A stretch of DNA of 64,000 bases, taken from contig CAIIXF020000001.1 in NCBI GenBank assembly GCA_903813345.2, positions 2,852,001-2,916,000 of the forward strand. Direction: 5' to 3'. Shown here in pieces: positions 10,856 through 23,025 of this stretch (its first letter is position 1; each line of letters opens with the position of its first letter). The notes under the pieces were generated by a model that was not told where the DNA came from, did no database searches, and saw only the letters and a list, made by a program, of their open reading frames with translations. The position numbers and the translations under genes are program-made. The DNA comes from Owenia fusiformis. Its lineage: Eukaryota.

Positions 10856-13800
10856 CCCTTAGGAAAAAACCCATGTTTTGACATGCGTGGAGAAAAAGGG
10901 TACATGTTCTCACTTAGTTCTACACATTTTTACTTCAATCCTCCCATGTGTGGCATGGAAAATTAGGTAAAAACAGGAGATGGCACTCTTGTTTTTACAC
11001 ACTTTTACCCCAGGGAAAAATGTGGGTGACTGTGGAGCAATGTGGGGAAATGAAGTAACTCTCATCTTATTTTTACTTAACTTCCCCACATTTTTCACAC
11101 TGTGGAGGAATGTGGGAAAGGGTAGTTACATGGTTTTACATGCATTGTAGTACATCTTAGAGAAAATAGAGGGACTTAAATATGCTCTAATATTTACAGT
11201 TATTTTATTTAATATTTACATAGGGTATAATTCTCAATAAGCCTAGTGGAACCCAGCTTGATCATCAATATTATTGATTTGACTTCATATAAAATAAACA
11301 TGTACACATTTGTATCAAATGTTTTAACTTTATTTATATTTACATTGATATATAATACAATACATATATTTTTTCTATGTACAAACTAATCAGTATTTAC
11401 AAATGTTTATAGTTTTTTATTAAGACAGTTATAGGTTACTGTAGCTGTCCATTCTGAAATACGAAGGTCTAGCAGGATTGAACAACTGGGTATGTTTGGA
11501 AAGTTGACAAATTTATTCTTAAGCTAGGGATAATAGTAGCCTTGCCCAATTTGGTATTGTTTACTCATCTAATTTTGAATTTTTACTTGAATTATTGATA
11601 ATGGAATTAAAAAAAAACAAAAAAACACTCACTTATAGTAGGCAAGGCTGGGATAATAACATTATTTGACTATCTATAATTTGTAGTATAATAATACATT
11701 GGCAATTGCAAAAATTGTGAAATCAAAATAAGGTATTTATCTGAGTTCATCATTTTCCTCCAAGTTGAGAGACATTTCATCATTATTCAAAATTAAACCA
11801 ACTAATGTTTCATTGATGGATGATACAGATGTTGATAAATACCTTTATTGATGCTTACAGTGCTATACAAGGTCATTAAAAGGACCAATCTGATAGTTTT
11901 CCAATGGAAGTATTAACATAATATTGTGAACAAATGATTTGACTTTTTGAAATAAAAATAAAGGAGACAGCACTTTGCTTTTGTAAAGAAAACAAAATAG
12001 ATAATTTGACACACGGATTCATAAAATATGCAACTTTGTACAACTAATATGGGATTTGATTTTTATCTGATTATACAAATGGATTTTCTTTGATATCTAA
12101 TGAGAAATTGGACTAAGGCAAGAATATTGTGGGAAGATGTGGAAAATATGAGTGAAACTAAGAAAGAAGATAGGAAAATTTGGGGAAAGTGTGAAGAAAT
12201 ATGTCACCTTTAAATAAACATTTACCTAGAAATGTAAACAAATCTCAGTAGTACTAGTTGTTTTGTTTATCATTTTGCCTTGAATTAGAGAAACCAATAT
12301 GAACATGTAGAATTGAAGTTTAAAGAATACATATAGGATTTTATAATGAATTGTTATTGTTAAAGATTTAAAAAAAGATTTTTAATGTTCTATTTTTTAC
12401 AATTACATATTAACTTCAAACCATGGATGCAACTATAGGTTCACTTCAATGACATATTAACTTCAAACTATGGATTCAACAATGGCATATTCACTTCAAA
12501 CCACGGGTTCAACTTTAGGTTCACTTCAATGACATATCAGTTTCAAACTACGGGTTCAACTATAGGTTCACTTCAATGACATATCAGTTTCAAACTATGG
12601 GTTCAACTATAGGTTCACTTCCAGTCAATGACATATCAGTTTCAAACTACGGGTTCAACTATAGGTTCACTTCAATGACATATCAGTTTCAAACTACGGG
12701 TTCAACTATAGGTTCACTTCCAGTCAATGACATATCAGTTTCAAACTACGGGTTCAACTATAGGTTCAACTATAGGTTCACTTCAATGACATATCGGTTT
12801 CAAACTACGGGTTCAACTATAGGTTCACTTCCAGTCAATGACATATCAGTTTCAAACTACGGGTTCAACTATAGGTTCACTTCAATGACATATCAGTTTC
12901 AAACTACGGGTTCAACTATAGGTTCACCTCCACTCAATGACATATCAGTTTCAAACTACGGGTTCAACTATAGGTTCACTTCAATGACATATCAAACCAT
13001 GGATTCAACTATAGGTTCAATTCAATGACATATTAACTTCAAACAATGGGTTCAACTGTAGGTTCACTTCAATGACATTTCAGTTTCAAACCATGGGTTC
13101 AACTATAAGTTCACTTAAATGACACATAAACTTCGAACCATGGGTTCAACTGTAGGTTCACTTCAATGACATTTCAGTTTCAAACCACGGGTTCAACTAT
13201 AGGTTCACTTGACTGACATATTAATGACAATGTTCACTTCAATGACATTTCAGTTTCAAACCATGGGTTCAACTATAAGTTCACTTAAATGACACATAAA
13301 CTTCGAACCATGGGTTCAACTGTAGGTTCACTTCAATGACATTTCAGTTTCAAACCACGGGTTCGACTATAGGTTCACTTGACTGACATATTAATGACAA
13401 TGTTCACTTCAATGACATTTCAGTTTAAAACCACGGGTTCAACTATAGGTTCACTTCAATGACATATTAACTTCGAACCACGGGTTCAACTATAGGTTCA
13501 CTTCAATGGCATTTCAGTTTCAAACCACGGGTTCAACTATAGGTTCACTTCAATGACATATCAGTTTCAAACCACGGGTCATCTTCTTCCTTTATGAACA
13601 CAGTATTTCTAATTCTGTCAAAATGTTTTGAAATTCTTTCTTTTGGGTCAGTGTTCTGTTTCTTGTGATATGATCAGTGTTCTAGCTCTTGTGATATCTG
13701 ATTTAAGACTGAATTTTACTCTGGAGAGCCCTATATATAGGCACTAAATGTTTAATCCAATTAATTAATGAAAAGGAAAGGGGAGTATTAGTCTCATTTA

Positions 13801-15440
13801 TGATGCTAATTTTCTATGATCTCCACAACTTGAACTCTGCAAAAGCAATCAAACAGCCAGACTCAAATAAATAAACATACAATGCATTTATGATCAATTG
13901 TTAAAATAGAACATTAAAAATCTTTTTCTAAATCTTTAACAATAACAATTCATTATAAAATCCTATATGTATTCTTTAAACTTCAATTCTACATGTTCAT
14001 ATTGGTTTCTTTAATTCAAGGCAAATTGATAAACAAAACAACTACTGAGATTTGTTTACATTTCTAGGTAAATGTTTATTTAAGGTGACATATTTCTCCA
14101 CACTTTCCCCAAATTTTCCTATCTACTTTCTTAGTTTCACTCATATTTTTCACATCTTCCCACAATATTCTTTCCTTAGTCCAATTTCTCATTAGATATC
14201 AAAGAAAATCCATTTGTATAATCAGATAAAAATCAAATCCCATATTAGTTGTACAAAGTTGCATATTTTATGAATCTGTGTGTCAAATTATCTATTTTTT
14301 TCTTTACAAAAGCAAAGTGCTGTCTCCTTTATTTTAATTTCAAAAAGTCAAATCATTTGTTCACAATATTATGTAAATACTTCCATTGGAAAACTACCAG
14401 ATTGGTCCTTTTAATGACCTTGTATAGCACTGTAAGCATCAATAAAGGTATTTATCAACCTCTGTATCATCCATCAATGAAACATTAGTTGGTTTAATTT
14501 TGAATAATGATGAAATGTCTCTCAACTTGGAGGAAAATGATGAACTCAGATAAATACCTTATTTTGATTTCACAATTTTTGCAATTGCCAATGTATTATT
14601 ATACTACAAATTATAGATAGTCTAATAATGTTATTATCCCAGCCTTGCCTAATATAAGAGAGTGTTTTTTTTTTGTTTTTTTTTAATTCCATTATCAATA
14701 ATTCAAGTAAAAATTCAAAATTAGATGAGTAAACAATACCAAATTGGGCAAGGCTACTATTATCCCTAGCTTAAGAATAAATTTGTCAACTTACCAAACA
14801 TACCCAGTTGTTCAATCCTGCTAGACCTTCGTATTTCAGAATGGACAGCTACAGTAATCTATAACTGTCTTTAATAAAAAACTATAAACATTTGTAAATA
14901 CTGATTAGTTTGTACATAGAAAAAATATGTATTGTATTATATATCAATGTAAATATAAATAAAGTTAAAACATTTGATACAAATGTGTACATGTTTATTT
15001 TATATGAAGTCAAATCAATAATATTGATGATCAAGCTGGGTTCCACTAGTCTTATTGAGAATTATACCCTATGTAAATATTAAATAAAATAACTGTAAAT
15101 ATTAGAGCATATTTAAGTCCCTCTATTTTCTCTAAGATGTACTACAATGCAAAAATGTAAAACCATGTAACTACCCTTTCCCACATTCCTCCACAGTGTG
15201 AAAAATGTGGGGAAGTTAAGTAAAAATAAGATGAGAGTTACTTCATTTCCCCACATTGCTCCACAGTCACCCACATTTTTCCCTGAGGTAAAAGTGTGTA
15301 AAAACAAGAGTGCCATCTCCTGTTTTTACCTAATTTTCCATGCCACACATGGGAGGATTGAAGTAAAAATGTGTAGAACCAAGTGAGAACATGTACCCTT
15401 TTTCTCCACGCATGTCAAAACATGGGTTTTTTCCTAAGGG
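10856..15440. mobile_element. Foldback-type non-autonomous DNA transposon with ~1.55-kb inverted arms
   Basis: 10856-~12404 is the near-exact reverse complement of ~13896-15440. CCCTTAGG...CCTAAGGG ends, flanked by AT. Confidence 0.93.
12405..13580. repeat. 47/51-bp minisatellite in the foldback loop
   Basis: Unit TTCAATGACATATCAGTTTCAAACTACGGGTTCAACTATAGGTTCAC. Confidence 0.93.
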
Positions 15441-15745
15441 ATTTTCACCTCTCATTGTCTATAACTACTGAGTTCACAGTTTTAGAGACATGGTCAATAT
15501 ATCTATGCATGCCTATAAACTTAAATGAATACATACGGGGAAGGGGGTAAAGGTCCATCACATTTCGAAAAACCACATTAATTTTTACATAGATTAGTTA
15601 TTTTTAATCATTATTTATTAATTTTTACATAGAAAGAAATTAATAAATTAGTGCATATTAGAGAGGAAGGGAGGGTTCAATCTGCAATTAATCATATTTT
15701 GAGACAATCAAAAATTGACCTGGTCTCTGTATATTAGATACTTAC

Positions 15746-15883
15746 AAGTAACAATTCTTTGGCAGAGGCCCTCTTCTCTGGGTCCTTTACAAGACATACT
15801 GAGACAAAGTCTATAAACTCTGGTGACCATTTGTTCGGGTTTCTAAATGATGGTGGAGGTTTGGTAGGTATCATAAATATTGC
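15746..15883 (-). CDS. STK3: Hippo/MST kinase exon 8 (AIFMIPTKPPPSF...RASAKELLL)
   Basis: Kinase subdomains X-XI; 138 nt; canonical splice sites. Confidence 0.95.
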
Positions 15884-16074
15884 CTGGAAAATATTGTAAA
15901 ATGAATGTACATATATTTAGTGCTCTCAATACATATTTAGAGGGATTTAGACCAGGGAACAGACTGTATTATATCTTGGTGAATAGACAACAATGACTAA
16001 GAAGAAAAATGATTCAATTAACAAGAGCAGAAGTTTTTTTGTAAATAGTAACCTTGTTATGTAAACTGACTTAC

Positions 16075-16136
16075 CCTCATGGGATGTATGTCAGCATAGG
16101 GTGGCTTCCCCTCTGCCATCTCCAGAGATGTAATAC
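16075..16136 (-). CDS. STK3: Hippo/MST kinase exon 7 (GITSLEMAEGKPPYADIHPMR)
   Basis: Near-identical to MST1/2; gtag|GT and AGG|gtaagt. Confidence 0.95.
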
Positions 16137-16138
16137 CT

Positions 16139-18924
16139 ACAAGAACACAAATGTGTACAATATGTCCCCACCAATGGGTGATCCCGTCAAATGGTTATCC
16201 TGAAAATGAGTAGACAAGACTTTAACAACACAATTTGAGGATGGAAAATCCAAAATGGCCACCTTAAAATTTACCCAGAATGCCCAAAATTTAGTCAGTT
16301 TTAGATTTTCATACTAAGAACCACCCTTGACTATTTGAAATTGATCCATCACACAATTAACCAGAAAACATGTAAACAAGACTTTACAGACAAGATTTCA
16401 GGATGGAAGATCCAAAATGGCTGCCTTGACATTTACCAAGAATGCCAAAAAACTAATCAGTTCTAGATTTTCATCATTCCTGAAAATATGAAATTGATCT
16501 ACCAAACGGTTCACCTGAAAACGAGTAGACAAGACTTTACAGACAAGATTTTAGGACAGAAAATCCAAAATGGCTGCCTTAACATTTACGCAGAATGACA
16601 AAAAACTAATCAGTTCTAGATTTTCATACTAAGAATCATCCCTGAAAATTTGAAATTGATCTACCAAACGGTTCACATGAAAACGAGTAGAAAATACTTT
16701 ACAGACAAGATTTTAGGACGGAAAATCCAAAATGGCTGCCTTGACATTTACCCAGAATGCCCAAAAACTAATCAGATCTAAATTTTTATACTAAGAATCA
16801 TCCCTGAAAATTTGAAATTGATCCACCAAACAGTTCACCTGAAAACGCGTAGACAAGACTTCACAGACAAGATTTTAGGACCGAAAAATCCAAAATGGCC
16901 GACAGTAAAAAAGTCATTATGAGTTTTTGCTGATTTCTTTTTACAAAATTATCACATATAACTACTGTTTCCAATAGCATAGGCTTTTACAACAAAGTAC
17001 ATCTGAAATTATTTATAAAGCTACTAAATAGTTAAAGTATGAAAACTGAAAAACACCATTCAATATGATACAAAGTATTATCGCGCGCTAACTTTTCTTA
17101 AGACATTCAAAATGGCTGACATGACTGAGCTAACAAGTCCAAAACCTAATCAGATCTAGAATGAAGTGAGCTGAACAAGATGTTAAAGTTTTACAAGAAC
17201 ACAAATGTGTACAAAATGTCCCCACTTTTGGGTGATCCCGTCAAATGGTATCCTAAAAATGGGGAGACAAGACTTTACCGACACAATTTGAGGACGGAAA
17301 ATCCAAAATGGCCACCTTAAAATTTACCCAGAATGCCAAAAAATTAGTCAGTTCTAGATTTTCATACTAAGAACCACCCCTGAAAATTTGAAATTGATCC
17401 GTCACACAGTTAACCAGAAAACATGTAAACAAGACTTTACAGACAAGATTTGAGGACAGAAAATCCAAAATGGCTGCCTTGACATTTATCCAGAATGCCA
17501 AAAAACTAATCTGTTCTAGATTTTCATACTAAGAATCATCCCTGAAAATTTGAAATTGATCTACCAAACGGTTCACCTGGAAATGCGTAGACAAAACTTT
17601 ACAAACAAGATTTTAGGACAAAAAATCCAAAATGGCTGCCTTGACATTTACCCAGAATGCCCAAAAACTAATCAGATCTAGATTTTCATATTAAGAATCA
17701 TCCCTGAAAATTTGAAATTGATCTACCACGGTTCACCTATAAACGCGTAGGCAAGACTTTACGGGCAAGATTTTAAGACGGAAATCCAAAATGGCTGCCT
17801 TGAGATTTATCCAGAATGCATAAAAACTAATCAGAGCTAGATTTTCATACTAAGAATCATCCCTGAAAATTTGAAATTGATCTACCAAACAGTTCACCTG
17901 GAAATGTGTAGACAAGACTTTACAGGCAAGATTTTAGGACAGAAAATCCAAAATGGCTGCCTTAAAATTAACCCAGAATGCCCAAAAACTAATCAGATCT
18001 AGATTTTCGTACTAAGAATCATCCCTGAAAATTTGAAATTGATCTACCAAACGGTTCACCTAAAAACGCGTAGACAAGACTTTACGGGCAAGATTTTAAG
18101 ACAGAAAATCCAAAATGGCTGCCTTAACATTTATCCAGAATGCATGAAAAATAATCGGATTTAGATTTTCATACTGAGAATCATCCCTGAAAATTTGAAA
18201 TTGATCTACCCAACGGTTCACCTGGAAATGCGTAGACAAGACTTTACAGACAAGATTTTAGGACGGAAAATCCAAAATGGCTGCCTTAACATTTACCCAG
18301 AATGCCCAAAAACTATTAAGATCTAGATTTTCATACTGAGAATCATCCCTGAAAATTTGAATTTGATCTACCAAACGGTTCACCTGAAAATGCGTAGACA
18401 AGACTTTACAGACAAGATTTTAGGACAGAAAATCCAAAATGGCTGCCTTGACATTTACCCAGAATGCCAAAAAACTAATCAGATCTAGATTTTCATACTA
18501 AGAATCATCCCTGAAAATTTGAAATTGATCTACCAAACGGTTCACCTGAAAACACGTAGACAAGACTTTACACACAAGATTTTAGGACGGAAAAATCCAA
18601 AATGGCCGACAATAAAAAAGTGATTATGAGTTTTTGCAAATTTCTTTTTACAAAATTATCACATATAACTACTGTTAACAATAACATAGGCTTTTACAAC
18701 AAAGTACACCTGAAATTATTTATAAAGCTACTAAATAGTTAAAGTATGAAAACTGAAAAACACCATTCAATATGATACAAAGTATTATCGTGCGCTAACT
18801 TTTCTTAAAACATTCAAAATGGCTGACATGACTGAGCTAACAGGTCCAAAACCTAATCAGATCTAGAATGAAGTGAGCTGAACAAGATGATAATGTTTTA
18901 ATACTGTATGTGGTGGGGACATAA
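16139..18924 (-). mobile_element. Tandem pair of Helentron-associated non-autonomous elements (HINE/DINE-1-like) with ~162-bp internal repeats
   Basis: On the minus strand it starts TTATGTCCCCACC and ends GGTGGGGACATA, then a hairpin ACACA-TT-TGTGT, then TCTTGT. A second copy of this end is at ~17193. Confidence 0.8.
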
Positions 18925-19122
18925 CAATACACAAAACATGTAGTGAAATACAGCTTACTTGGCAGTACATACAGTAAAACCTATATACCTGTACAGCTCT
19001 CAATCCAAACACCTCTCAATGTGAACACCTTTTCTCGGTCCCAAATTTGTTATCTTTCAACGTCTCACAAACATTAACAGTAAAATGTGAACACCTGCTA
19101 ATCCTTACACTTTTGGCAGTTA

Positions 19123-19263
<141 letters not shown>

Positions 19264-19651
19264 CTATATGTGGAAACAATGAAAAGGAGATAAGAACCAG
19301 AAATAAGACATGCAAAGTATGAGAAAGGGTTGACTTAAAAGTAAGATTCATTGTAGATGTATATTAGAAGAGTGTGAAAAGGTAAGGTAAGGTACAGTAT
19401 TGACTATTGAGAAATATTTGGAAAATTTACAGAAATATTTAAGCTGATTTGAGAAATATTTGAAAAAGGTTCGGAAAAGCACATGGCCTTTCAGTTAAAA
19501 ATAAGTATGAATGGTCCTGTATTCTGTATTCTGGTACATCGTTCAGTATATACATCTAAACCTATAGTAAATAATAAACAGCAACACTCCTTCATAGTCT
19601 GGTATACACATCACATGGGTATATACATGTATTCATGGGTATATATCTTAC

Positions 19652-19816
19652 TGTTAACTGTCCTGCGACACCAAAATCAGCTAGTTTTGCCTGGCCTTCA
19701 GTATTAAGTAAGATATTGCCTGCTTTAATGTCTCTATGAATTTTTCGCCTTTCATGTAAATATTCAAGTCCTTTGAGCGTGTATGATAATACAGTTGCGA
19801 TTTCATCTTCTGTTAG
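19652..19816 (-). CDS. STK3: Hippo/MST kinase exon 5 ([11 protein letters not shown])
   Basis: Catalytic loop and DFG motif; 165 nt; canonical splice sites. Confidence 0.97.
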
Positions 19817-20056
19817 CTGAAAGAACAGAGCAAAATTCTGTGTTCTAGTCACATGTCAAATGTCCACATTGTGAATGACCCAGCATGCCCAAAACTTTGA
19901 GATATTGGTCATACAATGACAATACAGCACTTTCAAGTGTGATACTTTAGCCAAATATCTATGGAGGGTTAGTGATTTGAACCTTTTCTTTAAGTGCCAA
20001 AATGTGAGCATTCAACTGAGTCCAGCTGCGTGATTTGCCATGATTAACTGACTTAC

Positions 20057-20119
20057 TGTTTTATTACGTAGCCTCATCAGATCAGAGACAGAACCAGCGC
20101 CACAATACTCCATAACGAT
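20057..20119 (-). CDS. STK3: Hippo/MST kinase exon 4 (IVMEYCGAGSVSDLMRLRNKT)
   Basis: Hinge region; tttag| and |gtaagt. Confidence 0.95.
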
Positions 20120-20366
20120 CTAAAAAATGACAGAATTATTCAAAACCACATTTTTCTCAAGAGATAAAACAAATACTCATACTGCATGTCAAAAGTTAAT
20201 ATTTCTTTTTCTTCTTTTTCGAATTTCATACCTATATAAATGAGATGCAAACTTTTCAGATGTAGAAGTCTTTCATTTTTAAAGTGCTTACTAGAAAAAC
20301 ACTATATAAATTTTGTTACTTGCCACCTTCTGCCTTTATAATATACCACCCCTTTCTTATACTTAC

Positions 20367-20547
20367 CCATAGATCAGTCTCTTTAAAATAGCTGCCATAA
20401 TACTTCACAATGTATGGACTGTCACACTGTTGCATAATTGAGATTTCTTTGATGATTTCCTGCAGATCCGAGTCTACAGGGACTTGTTTGATGGCCAGGA
20501 CCTGACCTGACTCCTTGTGGAGAGCCTTGTAAACGCTGCCATATGAC
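20367..20547 (-). CDS. STK3: Hippo/MST kinase exon 3 (SYGSVYKA...AIKQVPV...TDLW)
   Basis: Kinase N-lobe, near-identical to MST1/2. Confidence 0.97.
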
Positions 20548-21732
20548 CTACATGGGAGAACCAATGGAAGTTAATGATAAATGCAAAAATACAGTCTGCC
20601 ACACAGACCCTAAAATAAGGTAATCAGTGTATTACAAATGGAAAACAATTTTAGAGCACTGCTTTAGACTAGATATTTATTCAAACTGTTATTGGAATTG
20701 CAATATTTTAATGATTGCCATTTTGGAATTCTACATTAACATGAAGATACTTGTGAAGCTATATTTTTTGTTTAATCTATGCAAGCACCAAAGGAAAAAT
20801 TTAGAAAATATATAATTATCTAAAAATCAAACAATGTTCATGCATATGTAATTATTCAATCAAGAATTCATTTTCATTCACAAAAGCATGCATTAAGGAG
20901 TCAGTTTAAAAGTAATACTACACCACCCTCCTTAATAACTGTGATAGATGTTGACTAGCACCCTCATTGTTCAAAATATTTAAAACTGTTCCAAAATTGA
21001 TTATTATGTTGTTTAAAAACAGAAGAGCGAGAGAATCACACTACTATACCTAACACCTAGAAATGCATAAGATACTTTGTTTGTCTAATTGAATTGTTTA
21101 ATATATTTTTGAAAGTGCCTTACTAGCATCTAATTTTCAACCGATAAACCATTCATAAGGAACAGACAAATAAAAACAAATACATAATCATTACTAATAA
21201 GCCAAATGGGTTGCTCATGAACACCTAATGCAAGGTATAGTAGTGTGAGAATGGATAAGCTGAAAGTGGCGGTATCCTTGCCCAAATTTATAAGCTACTA
21301 AACCAACAATGAACGAATATTTAAACTGCTCCTTTTCATCAGTACTACAAGTTAATATTGTATAAAGATGCCACAACCATGCTTATAATTAATTATCCCA
21401 ACCTGATAATTAGAAGATCATTCCATAAGATTTTGAAAACTTTTACAGTTTTTATATTTTTTTATCATTTCAATGTGAGGCGAAAAAAGTGCATTATCCT
21501 GATAGCATAAAATATACCAGATGATTACATAATTAAAAAGAATCACTGATTAAATATTTTTTCCTTTGCTCAAAGATTACTCATGCCCTTAAGGGGTAGG
21601 GCAAAAATAATATTTTTTTATGAAAATCACAACAAAGGATAGCCACTCTGCTCCTTTCATTTAGTTAAAGGCACTGAAATGATATACTGCCTATGAATTT
21701 CAATGTTTTTTAAGGATCTATTCCCTTTAAAC

Positions 21733-22580
21733 CACCCTATGCAGACAGAGCCTGTGGGAAATATTGGGTGCGGCGCAAATGAGCGGAGGGTGCGGAGCTA
21801 ACGGTCATTTTTGAATTTAAAATTGGGATATTTCTGAAACTAAGCCGTTTTGGGACTTCAAATATACCAAGATATGTGTATTTGACACCAAATATCAATA
21901 AAATTGTGAAAATAGTAGTGCAATTCATTTTATAGCTACGCAGTATGCCTTAAACATTTCCCAGACCTATATATTTTGAAATTATCCTTTTAATACTGAG
22001 TCCCCAGCATTCATAAAAAATGGTGTTCAAGATACACAGATGCAAATTATTTTTGCATCTTGGAAGCCAGGCAGTATCTGTGTGATTTTATAAAAATTCA
22101 GGAATGTTCTTCAGATGAGAGCCCCCTCTAAATATTGGGTGCGGAGGTACGTTTATGGAGCTCCTCCGCACCCAATATTTAGAGGGGGCTCATATCTGAA
22201 AAACATTTCCGAATTTTTATTAAATCACACAGATACTGCCTGGCTTCCAAGATGCAAAAATAATTTGTATAGATAGTGTACCTTGAACACCATTTTTTAT
22301 GAATGCTGGGGACTCAGTATTAAAAGGATAATTTCAAAATATATAGGTCTGGGAAAGGTTTAAGGCACACTGCGTCGCTATAGAATGAATTGCGCTACTA
22401 TTTTCACAATTGTATTGATATTTGGTGTCAAATACACATATCTTGGTATATTTGAAGTCCCAAAACGGCTTAGTTTCAGAAATATCCCAAATTTAAATTC
22501 AAAAACGACCGTTAGCTCCGCACCCTCCGCTCATTTGCTCCGCACCCAATATTTCCCACAGGCTCTGTCTGCATAGGGTG
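21733..22580. mobile_element. Fully palindromic MITE with CAC termini and a 5-bp TSD (CMC/Transib-like)
   Basis: ~420-bp inverted arms around ~22155; TAAAC at 21728-21732 and 22581-22585. Confidence 0.88.
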
Positions 22581-22938
22581 TAAACACAAACACAAAAAAC
22601 ACTGATTTCGACCTAATCCCTTAGAGATTTTATTCTACATGTAAATCATGTCAAAATCATTCATGCATTACAATGTTGGTGTATAAATTTATTGTGATTT
22701 TGATTAGATTTGATTAGAGACGCAAAGCAAAATGAAAACTTCCTCCCAAATGTAGTGATACAGAATTACAGAATCTTATAGCTAATAGCATGAAGTGACT
22801 TATTCATAAATGAAAGCATAAATAATGATGGTATGAACAGGGGTGCTAATCGCACAGCGTAACTTCTGATACATACAGAATTTACAATTTACGTTCACCA
22901 CCCCTGAGTAGTATTATATATGGACCATGTATACCTAC

Positions 22939-23025
22939 CCCTCGCCAAGCTTCCCAAGCAGGTCAAATACTTTCTCTGGGGGTTGTTGTAAGCTTTCTTC
23001 ACTAAGCCGGTTTAGTCGACTGTCG
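22939..23025 (-). CDS. STK3: Hippo/MST kinase exon 2 (DSRLNRLSEESLQQPPEKVFDLLGKLGEG)
   Basis: Matches LKKLSEDSLTKQPEEVFDVLEKLGEG; phase 2-2. Confidence 0.94.

Noticed and set aside
12576-13028. 150-aa repetitive ORF
   Set aside because: Reads through the 47/51-bp minisatellite, cycling through frames.
10910-15386. Duplicate 62-aa ORFs on opposite strands (likewise 21737/22385)
   Set aside because: Mirror images in transposon inverted arms, with non-ATG starts or no coding features.
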